Positions 1 to 12,121 of a DNA stretch of 64,000 nt are shown in pieces (position 1 is the first letter of the stretch; every line of letters begins with the position of its first letter). The DNA is from Octopus sinensis (lineage: Eukaryota): contig NC_042998.1 of the NCBI RefSeq assembly GCF_006345805.1, positions 18,290,001 through 18,354,000 on the forward strand, in the 5' to 3' direction. The position numbers and the translations under genes were made by a program. The notes below the pieces were generated by a model. That model did no database searches and had not been told where the DNA came from. It was given only the letters and a program-made list of their open reading frames with translations.

Positions 1-890
1 CGTTCCCTAAATTTAATGACTGGCATTTATTCAAGAGAAACGTTTATAATTGCATTTATTAAATCAATTATTAAAGCTTCAATGTCTGAGAATCCATACA
101 AAAGACAAGGATGAAATCTCACCTTACTGACTAAACAGGGATTAAAACAGTTTGTCATTTTCGACGACTATAACATAATAAAATTCTTCTGGTCTCAGCA
201 AACTGTAATCTCTCTAAAGAAATATAATATTTATTTCTCTAGCAAGGCATTAATACATTTCAAATTCAACATTATTAGCAAACTGTTTTATTATTTGTAA
301 CTTTCCTTAAATTTCTAATGCTAAATTTCAATTCTAGTAAAGTGATTATTTTTCTATGATTTTGTTCATGAAAATAGCCTGAGTTGACAAACTAAAAACA
401 GTTTCACTTGTGTCAAAATGTAATAATTGCATTGATGCTATTGAGATGCATCACCCATTTAAAGTAAAATAATGTTAGCATAAAATTTAATGTACACGAA
501 CAAATTTAGAATATTGTTAAATAGAGAACCGCGAAGGTCACAAAAAGAGAACTGTACAATTTTTACTTTTGTTTATTATTGTTTCAGCTTTTCAACATTA
601 AATTTAGATTTAATGAATTCCAAACAGCATTAAATTTCCAAGTTACTGATGATCAAATTTTTCTTCGTCCACAAATATAGTGTTGCAGTAGAATATAGAT
701 AAACATCGAAATAATAGTGTTATTAGCTTGAAATAAATACGTATGGACCGTGAACTAAAGATAGACCGTTCATTCTTCATATGTAACAGTGTATAGAGTA
801 TCAATCAATAATCTGAAGAAAACTGGTTGGGCCATACACATGACAAGTTTTGTATTTTTTGCTACCCTTATCCACTTAACTCTAAGCATG

Positions 891-1126
891 TAAAGTTTCC
901 TTCTTGAGTCACACCGACTTATAAGGGCCGGGAAACCGGTTTCCATGCTATACATACATCGCCCCTTCAAAGGACGTCGGTCCGCCACAGAATTACTCAC
1001 TTTTGATAGCTGAGTGCCAGCAACATGAAATGAAGTGTTTTACTTAAGTATACAATGCGTTTCCTGGTCCAGGATCGAAACCACAACCTTACGACACCCC
1101 TAACCACTAAACCACGCGCCTCCACT
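891..1126 (-). mobile_element. tRNA-derived SINE (degraded), head related to families A/B, distinct tail
   Basis: Minus strand begins AGTGGAGGCGCGTGGTTTAGTGG (A box) ... GTTTCGATCC (B box), the same head as the SINEs at 2739-3113 and 22409-22789; left boundary approximate. Confidence 0.65.
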
Positions 1127-1196
1127 ATTTGTCTCTAAGTATCATAAGATAGAAATTTCATTTATAAGCAATACGCAAAAATCGTATTTTGGTTTC

Positions 1197-1831
1197 GGAT
1201 CTTTTCCTTTTGAACGGCAGATATCAACACAATTTCTAGTTAACTAAACACTTTTAAACTTCGTATACTGGTAGAATGTGTGTATAAAACATAATTTTCT
1301 GTTGGTTTTATTGAGAAAATTCTATAGTTTGTAAGATATTTCGTCTGAAAATCCGAGCATTTCGGCAATTTTAACAAATCGATTACCTCCATTCAACTAA
1401 AATCCTTTGCTGCGTCTAAAACTGAGACAACATCCTGTAATTAATCCTAAAATCCCCCCTAAACCTAACCCTAATTTTTTTTTCTTAATTGTTAAATTAA
1501 TTTAATTCCATTGCTTTATTTTTTTACACGCGTAACAATTAAATTAATTTAACAATTAAGAAAAGAAATTAGGGTTAGGGTTAGGGAGGAGGTTTAGGGT
1601 TAGTTACAGGATGTTGTCGCAGTTTTAGACGCAGCAATTGATTTTCGCTCAAAAGAGAGCATAGGATTGGTTAAAATTCGAAAAATTAATCTACGTTAAA
1701 CAATCAAATTACAATTTTCTCAAGAAAGCCAAGAGAAAAAAATGTTTTATTTTGACACATTCTACCAGTATACGAAGTTTTAAAGTGTTCAGTTAACTAG
1801 AAATTGTCTGCCGTTCAAAAGGAAAAGATCC
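1197..1831. mobile_element. Fold-back MITE, family F (long TIRs, 8-bp TSD, internal TTAGGG repeats)
   Basis: Termini GGATCTTTTCCTTTTGAACGGCAGA / TCTGCCGTTCAAAAGGAAAAGATCC; TSD TTGGTTTC at 1189-1196 and 1832-1839; arms stay similar for ~300 bp; (TTAGGG)3 at 1569-1586. Confidence 0.85.
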
Positions 1832-2738
1832 TTGGTTTCACTGGTTTGTAGTATGAAACGAATCTCTTTCTGCACATATATTACAGTTCTTTAGGAAAAA
1901 AGGAAATGTATATATTCCACAAACAAATCAACCCGATAAAAGAATCAAAATTTGTGGAAGAAACGCTGTCTCATGGAAAGGTTTATTTGGTAAGCGCGTA
2001 GTTCCGTGTATCATACATCTTCTGAGCTCTTTCCAAGACGTTTGTTGACACAGTCATTAATTGACTGGTGGCGAATATGATGGAAATTTGGAAAGTAGAA
2101 ATATTTTGACCGCTTATATAGATATGTGGTCGTGTTTATCTTTGTATTTGTGCGCATATATATACTTGTGTAAGTCAATTGTACCTGTTTATAAAATGAG
2201 GTACTCAGATGCATTTGTTCACAAGCAAAATATACAATACTGAATATATTGTGGAATAATTAATACACTTCAAAATCATCTTCAGTAGTTAATCTGTAAG
2301 TACTCAGAGTTGCGTGATATATGGGTAGCCTTACTGACAAATGATTGGTCGTCGTAAGATAACGTCTGTAAGTGGAGAGGTATTAATTTGTGATGGAACC
2401 TAGCTGCTTTTGTTGATGACAAATACTTTTCCTTCAACACAGTAGCAAAGAGCAAACTGGTTATTCATTCAGGTGTCAGAGGGAAACTACGCTTTATTGG
2501 CCATCGAGCCTTACGAGCGTATGACATTTATTCTAATGAAATGGTCTTAGGTGTATGCAAAAATAATTTTATTCCAGGCGTTAAATTGCGAGCTACTCTA
2601 TGATTGCCGCTTTCAAAATCGTCAACTATGCGATGAGTTACATAGAGATTTTGTTATTTCAACAATGTTTTCACAAAGGTAGCGTTTGCTTGCAATGAAA
2701 TTTAGAATTATGCTATATCTTCATGCACACATGTTAAT

Positions 2739-3113
2739 GGAAGCACTCCGTCGGTTACGACGACGAGGGTTCCGGTTGATCCGAATCAACGGAACAGCCT
2801 GCTCGTGAAATTAACGTGTAAGTGGCTGAGCATTCCACAGACACGTGTACCCTTAACGTAGTTCTCGGGGATATTCAGCGTGACACAGAGAGTGACAAGG
2901 CCGGCCCTTTGAAATACAGGTACAACAGAAACAGGAAGTAAGAGTGAGAGAAAGTTGTGGTGAAAGAGTACAGCAGGGATCCCTGCCGGAGACTCGTGGA
3001 GCTTTAGGTGTTTTCGCTCAATAAACACTCACAACGCCCGATCTGGGAATCGAAACCGCGATCCTATGACCGCGAGTCCGCTGCCCTAACCACTGGGCCA
3101 TTGCGCCTCCACT
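2739..3113 (-). mobile_element. tRNA-derived SINE family A, full length
   Basis: A box TGGCCCAGTGG, B box GTTTCGATTCC; near-identical to 22409-22789; 11-bp TSD CACATGTTAAT at 2728-2738 and 3114-3124. Confidence 0.9.
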
Positions 3114-3582
3114 CACATGTTAATACACACACTTTCACAAATATGTATATACATCTTCATACATATACACGCACACTTAGAGAGAAAGAGAGAGAGAGAG
3201 AGTGTGAGTGAGACTTAGAAATCGACAAAGATAGGACATGTAGACAGACAGTCACAGTATGTAGTTAACTTTTTTTGTATGCGTATTTGGTGTGGCGAGT
3301 CTGTGATAATGTGCACGAAATACCGACTATCTTTGTAATTTTTAAAATAGCAACATTACATTCTGGTTCATATGTCTATAAAATGAATGAGGCCCCCTAA
3401 TGTGATTGGATAAATGAGATCTTAGCTATTTCACACATGGATAATTTCAAAATGAGTACCAGTGTTAGGACCGTCTGAATGTTTTCAGGTCTGTTCATCA
3501 GGTTATTCACCAGTCGAGTGAAGAATGAAACCAGTAAAATAACTAGCGTTTGCAATTTCATGGAGATCAACGAAAATAACTA

Positions 3583-3830
3583 TGTTGTAAGAAGTTTGGT
3601 TCCCAGCCACATGGTTCCAGGTTCAGTCCCATTGCGTGCTACCTTGGTTGATTGCTTTTAAATATAGCCTCGGACAGACCACACTTTGTGAGTGAATTTA
3701 CTAAACAGAAACTGAAAGAAGCCCGTCGTGTGTGTGTATGTGTGTGTGTGTGTGTCTGCCTGTCTTTGTGTCTGTTTGTCCCTACCACTACTAGGCAATC
3801 GGTATTGGTGTGCTTACATCCTCGTAACCT
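3583..3830 (+). mobile_element. SINE family C, degraded copy
   Basis: CCACATGGTTCCAGGTTCAGTCCCA ... AAACTGAAAGAAGCCCGTCG followed by the internal GT microsatellite, as in intact family C copies. Confidence 0.7.
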
Positions 3831-3898
3831 ACAAAAATCGCTCCTTGATATTTGTCGGCCTTTGCTTTGTCACAAACTCTCTATCTTTGGCAACAGAT

Positions 3899-3935
3899 AT
3901 GTATACGCATATATATATATATGTATATATATATG

Positions 3936-3973
<38 letters not shown>

Positions 3974-4081
3974 TGTATATATATATATACGTGTATATAT
4001 ATATTGTATGTATATATATATATGTATGTATATAATATATATATAATGTATGTATATATATATTATATGTTGTATGTATGT

Positions 4082-4129
<48 letters not shown>

Positions 4130-4130
4130 G

Positions 4131-4191
<61 letters not shown>

Positions 4192-4219
4192 ATATATACA
4201 TGTATGTATATATATGTAG

Positions 4220-4254
<35 letters not shown>

Positions 4255-4365
4255 ATATATTTATGTATATATATGTATATATAATATATATGTATATATA
4301 TATTGTATGTATATATGTATGTATATATATATATATATATTATGTATATATATATATATATTATG

Positions 4366-4399
<34 letters not shown>

Positions 4400-4404
4400 A
4401 CATG

Positions 4405-4451
<47 letters not shown>

Positions 4452-4787
4452 ATATATATATATATATTATACATATATATATATATATATATATACTACA
4501 TATATATATCTATATATATATTATACATATATATATATGTATATATATATATATTCATATATATATATATACATACATATTATATATGTATATATATATA
4601 TATATATATACATACATATATATATGTATTATATATATATATGTATATATATATATATACATGTATATATATATATACGTGTATATATATATATGTATGT
4701 ATATATATATATGTATGTATATATATATAATATGTATATATATATTGTATGTATATATATATATATATATATATGTTGTATGTATGT

Positions 4788-4835
<48 letters not shown>

Positions 4836-4836
4836 G

Positions 4837-4897
<61 letters not shown>

Positions 4898-4925
4898 ATA
4901 TATACATGTATGTATATATATGTAG

Positions 4926-4960
<35 letters not shown>

Positions 4961-4975
4961 ATATATTTATGTATA

Positions 4976-5009
<34 letters not shown>

Positions 5010-5131
5010 CGTGTATATATATATGTATGTATTATATATATATATATATATATAATATATATATACATATATATGTATGTATATATACATATATATATAT
5101 ACATGTATATATATACATATATATATATATA

Positions 5132-5176
<45 letters not shown>

Positions 5177-5232
5177 ATATATATATATATATATAATATA
5201 TATGTATATATTATATATATATATATATTATA

Positions 5233-5276
<44 letters not shown>

Positions 5277-5310
5277 TTATGTATATATATATTATACATA
5301 TATATATATA

Positions 5311-5346
<36 letters not shown>

Positions 5347-5390
5347 CTATATATATATATACACATATATATATATACATAGATATACAA
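3899..5390. repeat. 1.5-kb compound (TA)n/(TATG)n microsatellite with an internal ~706-bp higher-order duplication
   Basis: Rare interruptions recur at a fixed offset: TGTTG at 4068 and 4774; GTAGT at 4216 and 4922. Confidence 0.85.
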
Positions 5391-5935
5391 CCCTGTATAT
5401 AGGCATATGTGTGTGTGTATTATCTGTGCGTACATAATGTAATAACATAAAGCAAGTAAAAGAAAGCGACCGAGTGAAGTCACATTAGCTTTTTGTTTCA
5501 TTTCTTTAGTATTCTATCCATGATTCATGTTTTGAAAAAAATCTCTCTCCAATAATAATCTTTTATTTTCGGAAACAGACGCTTGTTATCCTTAATGGGT
5601 CATAAAATTCTATTCTCTGTCTATGTCTGTAAATTTCCTGTTGGGAGATATCCAACATTGATCTCAATATATTTCCTGGCGGATAGATTATCTTTTTACA
5701 TTATTACAAGCATATAGGTTTTACTTGCACAGAAATAACACGGTGTATAATTTACCAAAACACCCACAAACACGTTGTATATGAGGGGTAAATTCTTATG
5801 AGCCTGAATAAGCTCGTGTGTGTCGAAGAGATTTTCTCCGTAAATGTCTTCATCTGATTTCGAATAATGTCACATTCTTGCTTTCATTTCACTTCATCAA
5901 AGATACATGCACCCACTCTCACTCATGTACAAATG

Positions 5936-5995
<60 letters not shown>

Positions 5996-6251
5996 AGTGG
6001 AGGTGTAATCGCACAATGGTCAGGGCAGCGGACACGCGGTCGTAGGATCGCGGTCTTGATTCCCAGACCGGAGGTTGTGAGTGTTTATTGAGTACTCTCT
6101 CGTCACAACTTTCTCTCACTCATTCTTCTGTTGGCCTACTCGCTTAGCCAGCGGGGTGGCGTCATTTGAAGGCTAAAACATTGCGAAGCGCATTGTGAGC
6201 AGCGATGTGTAACATCATGTGATAGCCTGGTCGGTCACGTGATCACGTGAT
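5996..6251 (+). mobile_element. SINE with family-A head and alternative tail (A2 type)
   Basis: Family A head, then CTGTTGGCCTACTCGCTTAGCCAGCGGGGTGGCGTCA...GTGATCACGTGAT, a tail shared with 44801-45106 and 46205-46500. Confidence 0.8.
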
Positions 6252-6380
6252 ATATATGTATGTATGTACACACACACACACACACACACACACACTATGA
6301 TAAATCTCTGCGTGACATAAACAGTAGCAATCGTAAAATATAATTGCCATCCAAGTGTGGCGTCCTATACTAGTGTGTGT

Positions 6381-7530
6381 TAATCACCAGCTTTCTCTTT
6401 ATTATAGGCACAAGGCCTGAATACAGAGGAGGCATACACAAATATGCGAGAACCAGAAAAGTATTTGAAAGAATGAATTACAATGAAATAAATTATAAGG
6501 AATATGAGACGGTTTTCTCGGTCCCGCTCCGAGACGAAACCGCGATTACTTTTCTCTCTTTTCTATTTTTTCTTCTTTTTAGCTTGTTCTTTTTCTTAGT
6601 CTTTTGTTATTTTTTTGTATCGTTTTTCTTCTTCTTTATACCTTTTAACAGTCTATTTTCCTCGTTTTTTTTTATGAAGTACAAATTTTACTTACTTATC
6701 TTTAAATGTTCATAAAGGGTTTCAAATCTTCTAATTCCACGACCGGCGGGAGTTCGAAGACGTAGACAACGTTCTGTATACTACCGTCTTCCTTCTTCGC
6801 TATGCTTTTCATCAGTTCTTCTGGTGGAGTCAGCTTTAGGCTGGTTGCCTCCTTTTTTACAAATTTTCTTCCTTCCTTCCTCTTTCTTGTGTCCATTTCT
6901 ATTTCCTGCAATTCCAGGGTGTTGGTATTTATTCCTTGTGTCGTTGCCGCTGTATAACTTTGTCTATTCTCCATCTTTCTTCACTCCTCTCGTAGACGGG
7001 GACTATACAGGTGTAAACGAAACAGTGTCTGAAATTCAATAATTTACACAATCCAACGAATCTTGGTTCACCCGCGCGGGGAAACCTACAACAAACATAG
7101 AATATCAGTGTGTAAAAATTTGAACTCACATCGAAGAAATCACAACCAACACCCTGTGGTAATCACCAGCTTTCTCTTTATTATAGGCACAAGGCCTGAA
7201 TACACAGGGGACATACACAAACATGCAGGAACAAATGAATTACAATGAAATTATAATGAATATGAGACTATTTTCTCGGTCCCGCTCCGAGACAAAACCG
7301 CGATTACTTTTTTACAATTTTAACGTTCTTACAGTTTTTTTCCTTTTTTTAGCTTGTGCTTTTTCTTAGTCTTTTGTTTGTTTTTTTATCGTTTTTTGCT
7401 CTTTTTCCTTTATGCATTTTAACAGTCTGTTTTCATCGATTTTTGTATGAAGTACAAATTTTACTTATTTTAAAATTTTCATAAAGGGTTACACATCTAA
7501 TTTCATGACCGGGGGAGCTCGTCAAACTCG
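6381..7530. repeat. Diverged direct repeats (~380 bp; about 6381-6760 and 7160-7530, offset ~779 bp) next to a gag-like relic
   Basis: TAATCACCAGCTTTCTCTTTATTATAGGCACAAGGCCTGAA at 6381 and 7160; TTTTCTCGGTCCCGCTCCGAGAC and ATGAAGTACAAATTTTACTT shared by both. Confidence 0.8.
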
Positions 7531-7852
7531 ACTTCAACTCCCAGCGGGTCTATGAATAGTCCATACATCTCTCTTAATTTCAAAAATCTCTCTTTATCTA
7601 TGACCATTCCTTTAGTGTATTCCGTGTATTTTTGACTGCAGCTTTACTCTTATTAGCGATTTATATTTTACAATCGTTTTCTCTAGTTCTTTACTTTTGG
7701 AATACGTGATCAAATGCCAATTATGTCCCTTCCTTTGCATATCTGCTTGCTTCGGCTCCCGTTCTGATCTGTTCGGGCGTGCAGAAACATCATAACCAAT
7801 TTTATGAACGCTTTCTTATTCTCCCTTTTGTATTGCTGGGTGCCTTCTTTCA

Positions 7853-8400
7853 CTACTGCTTCTGTTGGTGCTTCTCCCTTGTTCCATCACAACCTCCCTT
7901 AGCCCCCCCCCCTTGACCGTCCGGGGGAGAATTCACCCGCTCCTCTGCCTTTCCCGTGCTTACCACTGTGAACGGCTCCTCCACTCCATCCGTCTCCCTC
8001 GCCAGCACCACCTCCTCGGCATTGCCCTCCTCATCGCTTCTCCCCTCATCGCCCTCCATCCCGGGACATCTCGCCTTCATGTGCCCCTCTCGCCGCATAG
8101 TAAACACATTGGTGGTCCTCCCTGCACTTCCACTCTAAGTCTGCTGTCTTCCGGGAGTATCACCTCCTACGCTACATTATGCAAGTCTTCCAAAGACACC
8201 TGCACGGCCACTTCGAGACCACATCCCCACCAACTAGACCTCGGGGCCCTCGCCATCTTGAGGATCTCCAACCCATCGCTCACATCATGCATTACAGCTG
8301 CCACCAGCTACCCATCACTGATTTCGGGAGGGCACCCCTCCAACTCCCACTCCGGCAGCGCCCCCGTCACAGCACGTTGGAATCAGTATCCAATTGCGTC
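7853..8400 (-). pseudogene. Degenerate retroelement ORF1/gag-like relic with CCHC zinc knuckle
   Basis: Minus-strand translation ...GCPPEISDG*LVAAV...VQGGPPM-CLLCGERGHMKARC-P; CX2CX4HX4C at 8106-8066 once a 1-nt frameshift is corrected; two in-frame stops upstream. Confidence 0.7.
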
Positions 8401-8439
8401 CACTCTAGTGGAGTCGTCAGACGACTCCACTAGAGTGGA
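8399..8439. repeat. Perfect 41-bp palindrome (20-bp arms, 1-nt loop)
   Basis: TCCACTCTAGTGGAGTCGTC-A-GACGACTCCACTAGAGTGGA. Confidence 0.95.
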
Positions 8440-8533
8440 AGCAAGCGCTAATATATGATTTATAAAAATATGTGACGTATTAATAAATATCTGTAAATAT
8501 AAAACTATCCAGATTTCTGAGTACCTCATTTCT

Positions 8534-8572
<39 letters not shown>

Positions 8573-8576
<4 letters not shown>

Positions 8577-8929
8577 CTTTACTCTTTACTCTTTACTCTT
8601 TTACTTCTTTCAGTCATTTAACTGCGGCCATGCTGGAGCACCGCCTTTAGTCGAGCAAATCGACCCCGGGACTTATTTTTGTAAGCCCAATACTTATTCT
8701 ATCGGTCTCTTATGCAGAAACGCTAAGTGCTGGGGACGTAAACACACCAGCATCGGTTGTCAAGCAATGCTAGGGGGACAAACACAGACACACAAACATA
8801 TACACACACACTTATATATATATACATATATACGACAGGCTTCTTTCAGTTTCCGTCTACCAAATCCACTCACAAGGAATTAGTCGGCCCGGAGCTATAG
8901 CAGAAGGCACTTGCCCAAGATGCCACGCA
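8573..8929 (-). mobile_element. SINE family C, 5'-truncated
   Basis: (GTAAA(A)GA)n tail, body and internal CA/TA microsatellite match other family C copies; head is lost beyond TGCGTGGCAT. Confidence 0.85.
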
Positions 8930-8943
8930 TCTTATACATATAG

Positions 8944-9008
<65 letters not shown>

Positions 9009-9010
<2 letters not shown>

Positions 9011-9218
9011 ATCGAAACATGAAAACACAAAGAAAAACACAACAACGCGAGGACGTGGAACACGTATAGTGTCATTGGGCGCTCAGGAAAGGAATGAAAG
9101 GAGGTTTTAACGTTTCGACCGGAGCGCTTCTTCAGAAGCATAGAAGAAGGAAAGATCCACGTAAGTTAAGGCGGAGGAAAAAAATCGCCAACGGTACACA
9201 CGCGGTCACATTTTGAAT
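9009..9218 (-). mobile_element. Family D short repeat (Penelope pLTR-like) in a (TA)n tract
   Basis: Homologous to 20101-20296 (opposite strand); both embedded in microsatellite and carry an HHR-like core. Confidence 0.65.
9105..9139 (-). ncRNA. Minimal hammerhead-like motif (family D); core intact, stem II damaged
   Basis: GCTT-CTGAAGA-A-GCGCTCCGGTC-GAAAC-GTT-AAAA; the sister copy at 20161-20195 has stem II GAGC-TCC-GCTC. Confidence 0.45.
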
Positions 9219-9219
9219 G

Positions 9220-9295
<76 letters not shown>

Positions 9296-9810
9296 CCTCA
9301 CACACACAAATACGCAGATATCTAAACATACGTAAACATGTGTGTGACTGAATGTGTGGAGCCCTTTTGTGCGCGTGTTTTTGTGTGTGCTTGTATGCGT
9401 GCGGGTGTGTGTATGTGTGTGTGCACGCACGCGCGCATGTATACGGTTTTGCAATGTCTGCCTCAAACGAAACGCTGACACTCCAGCCCAGTCTGTCTAG
9501 TGTTTATTATTTACCATGTAGTCTTATCAGAGTTTCCTACATGTACCACATCTGTTATTTTCAGTGATTATAGTTCCAACACACACTCGTCATACGGTGG
9601 CAATACACAATGACCCTGATAAAAATTAAACATGGTCACAATTTACATAAACAAGAAAAATAATTACTCTGAATTTAAAAGACTACATTTAGATAGGAAA
9701 CCTCATCCTACTTATATGTCTCTATACTGATCTCTAATAAACCTACAAATTGCATCGGAGTACACAGTGTACTTCTCACATAGAATGGAATATATATCAA
9801 ATAATGATCT

Positions 9811-10229
9811 TATTTCTTTATTGCCCACAATGGGCTAAACATAGAGGGAACAAACAAGGACAGACAAACGGATTAAGTCAATTAAATCGAGCCAATGTTC
9901 GTAGCTTGTACTTAGTTTATCGACCCCGAAAAGATGAAAGGCAAAGTCGACCTCGGCGGAATTTGAACTCAGAACGCAGCGGCGGACGAAATATCTATTT
10001 CTTTACACACCCACAAGGGGCTAAACACAGAGAGGACAAACAAGGACACACAGACGGATTAAGTCGATTACATCGACCCCAGTGCGTAATTGGTTCTTAA
10101 TTTATCGACCTCGAAAGGATGAAAGGCAAAGTCGTACTCGGTGGAATTTGAACTCAGAACGTAACCGCAGACGAAATACGGCTACGCATTTCCCCCCAGC
10201 GTGCTAACGTTTCTGCCAGCTCGCCGCCT
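9811..10229 (-). mobile_element. SINE family E dimer (full unit plus headless unit) within one TSD
   Basis: Head AGGCGGCGAGCTGGCAGAAACGTTAGCAC, B box GTTCAAATTCC; 14-bp TSD TCAAATAATGATCT at 9797-9810 and 10230-10243. Confidence 0.88.
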
Positions 10230-11336
10230 TCAAATAATGATCTGTCATGGGGATTCTATGTAGAATTTGGACTAGCAACAAAGTGCCAAATTATGTGCTC
10301 TCTATGGCTGCTGTGATTACTCGTGAAGAGTATCGTACAGGTACATATCTAACTGCAACAGGTAAAATAAAAGAATACTGCATCTAGTCGTAGCCACTCA
10401 TTGATACAAAATCTTTTCTAATCAGACTAATATTGCACCGTTTACCTCATGCTATTGGTGTCAGTAAAAATCCAGAATGTCTGGATAAACAATGGCGATT
10501 GTGTTATTTCATCTACGACATTTAACTTACTATAGCAATAAATGTCATAGAACTGTGATAGGCCAAATATTTTCTATATCATATTTGGAACATTACCTAT
10601 GAATATTCTGTCATACAATAGTTATTCACAAAGCTTCTTTTGACGATATTCAGCCACAAAATTACTCATACGCCATCCATTCCATTACTTCATTATCAGA
10701 AACATTGATATCAAATAAAACTTTTGAAATGTTTAAAATCATATAGACACAATGTTTAACTTCAGACTACTTCATTAATCTCTAAAATCTTATTTTCATC
10801 TTTTATTTTTCTTCTTTTCCCCATTTCATTTTTACTTTTATATTTATTTTTCAATTCATTTCTTTTTCCAATATAGTTTTCTTTATAACGAAATTCTGTG
10901 AATGTGTTATTTTTAGCTGTGCTAACACAATGGATAATATCAGCCAAAATATATCAATATTTTTCTGTTACAGAAATAGAAACTACCATTCGTACTAAAT
11001 CCGTGATACAGAATTTTCATCTGATAAGCAAAATAAAGCGACGAGTCGTGATGTTGTGTAACGAGACACTCACATTCATTTTCCCTTTTCACACATCCCG
11101 TTTCTTTCTTGCATAAGCTTTGTAAGTAATTTGTATTATGTATTATGTTGACTCTTCCACCTTTCACGTAGCATGGGGCAGATAACTGTTGCCTCTAGCT
11201 GTGTTGTTACAACTATTCCCAACTCTGCACACAAAGAGAGTGAACATTATACTACTACTGAAAGATAAATACATTTTTTAGTGTTGGAGCATAGTAATAG
11301 TTTCTTGTACTGCCGTTTGTTGTTTGAAGAATTCCC

Positions 11337-11595
11337 TGCATTATTTACATTATTTACTTTCAACGGATATTTGTCCCCATCTTCTTTGTTGTTAACACAA
11401 CATTTCGGCTGATATACCCTCCAGCCTTCTTCAGGTGTCTTGGCGAAATTTCGAACCTGGTTTCCCAAGATACCCGAAGAACGCTGGAGTGTATATCAGC
11501 CGAGATGTTGTGTTAACAACAAACAAGATGAGGACAAATATCCGTTGAATGTAAATAATGCACATGATTCCTCATCTCTTAAATATAGAACTGTA
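11337..11595. mobile_element. 259-bp TSD-flanked element made of ~100-bp inverted arms, each with a hammerhead motif
   Basis: Arms 11337-11443 and 11465-11562; 12-bp TSD TGAAGAATTCCC at 11325-11336 and 11596-11607. Confidence 0.8.
11394..11439 (-). ncRNA. Minimal type-I hammerhead ribozyme candidate
   Basis: GACAC-CTGAAGA-A-GGCTG(GAGGGTATAT)CAGCC-GAAA-T-GTT-GTGTT: 5-bp stem I, 5-bp stem II, GUU cleavage triplet. Confidence 0.6.
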
Positions 11596-11749
11596 TGAAG
11601 AATTCCCCTTCTGCACAAGTTTCAATAGCTCTTGTTATTTGCATTCCAAAATTTTACTTGAGGGTTGGAAGTTTTTATTCACCCGTCATTGACGTCCCCA
11701 CAATTTGCAGAGACGAGTTAAAAGTAGTATGTAAATTTGTTTTTAAATA

Positions 11750-12105
11750 TTGGGCTGTCCGGAAAATTCGTGCCGATTTTTAAAAGAAAGAAAAGTTCAA
11801 TAAATACTCGCCATTACATTTTTAATCAACCATATATGAAGCATTTTGTTGCACAATGCGCTTCCATCTTGCCTTTAACTTGAAAATACTCTCTTCCAAG
11901 AATTGAGGTGGTTTCATGGCAAAGAATTCATCAAGGTATCGTTTTACGTCATCCAAGGAATTGAAACATTTACCATTAAGTCTATTCTGCAGAGACCTGA
12001 ATAAGTGGAAATCTGAAGGAGCAATATCTGGTAAATATGGAGGGTGGAGTAACACATCTCAGCCGAGTTGCAGCAATTTTTGTCGGGGCTCCCAAAGAAT
12101 CAAGT
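11750..12105 (-). mobile_element. Mariner transposon 3' fragment with TIR
   Basis: ORF 12055-11822 has HPPYLPDIAPSDFHLF (mariner YSPDLAP-type motif); TIR TTGGGCTGTCCGGAAAATTCGTGCCGATTTTTAA starts after TA at 11748-11749. Confidence 0.9.
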
Positions 12106-12121
12106 GCTGAAAATGAACTTT

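Noticed and set aside
1569-1602. TTAGGG runs as a real telomere or chromosome fusion site
   Set aside because: They are short, degenerate and internal to MITE family F.
2739-3113. tRNA genes at SINE heads
   Set aside because: A and B boxes are present but I found no complete cloverleaf, and they continue into SINE bodies with TSDs.
3465-3505. CTGATGA...GAAAAC on the minus strand as a hammerhead; similar partial hits at ~14303, ~18046 and ~34180
   Set aside because: No credible stem II with GAAAC plus stem I; expected by chance in AT-rich DNA.
3652-5501. Long I/Y/M/C/V-rich ORFs (up to 400 aa), and similar ones at 34.4-35, 36.9-37.4, 43.9-53.6 and 54.0-54.5 kb
   Set aside because: Translations of (TA)n/(TATG)n/(CA)n microsatellites that happen to lack stops.
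6505-6545. Hairpin followed by CGAAACC as a hammerhead
   Set aside because: No CUGANGA upstream; recorded only as a conserved hairpin in the direct repeats.
7865-8458. 197-aa plus-strand ORF
   Set aside because: Antisense shadow of the GC-rich minus-strand gag-like relic; no recognisable motif.
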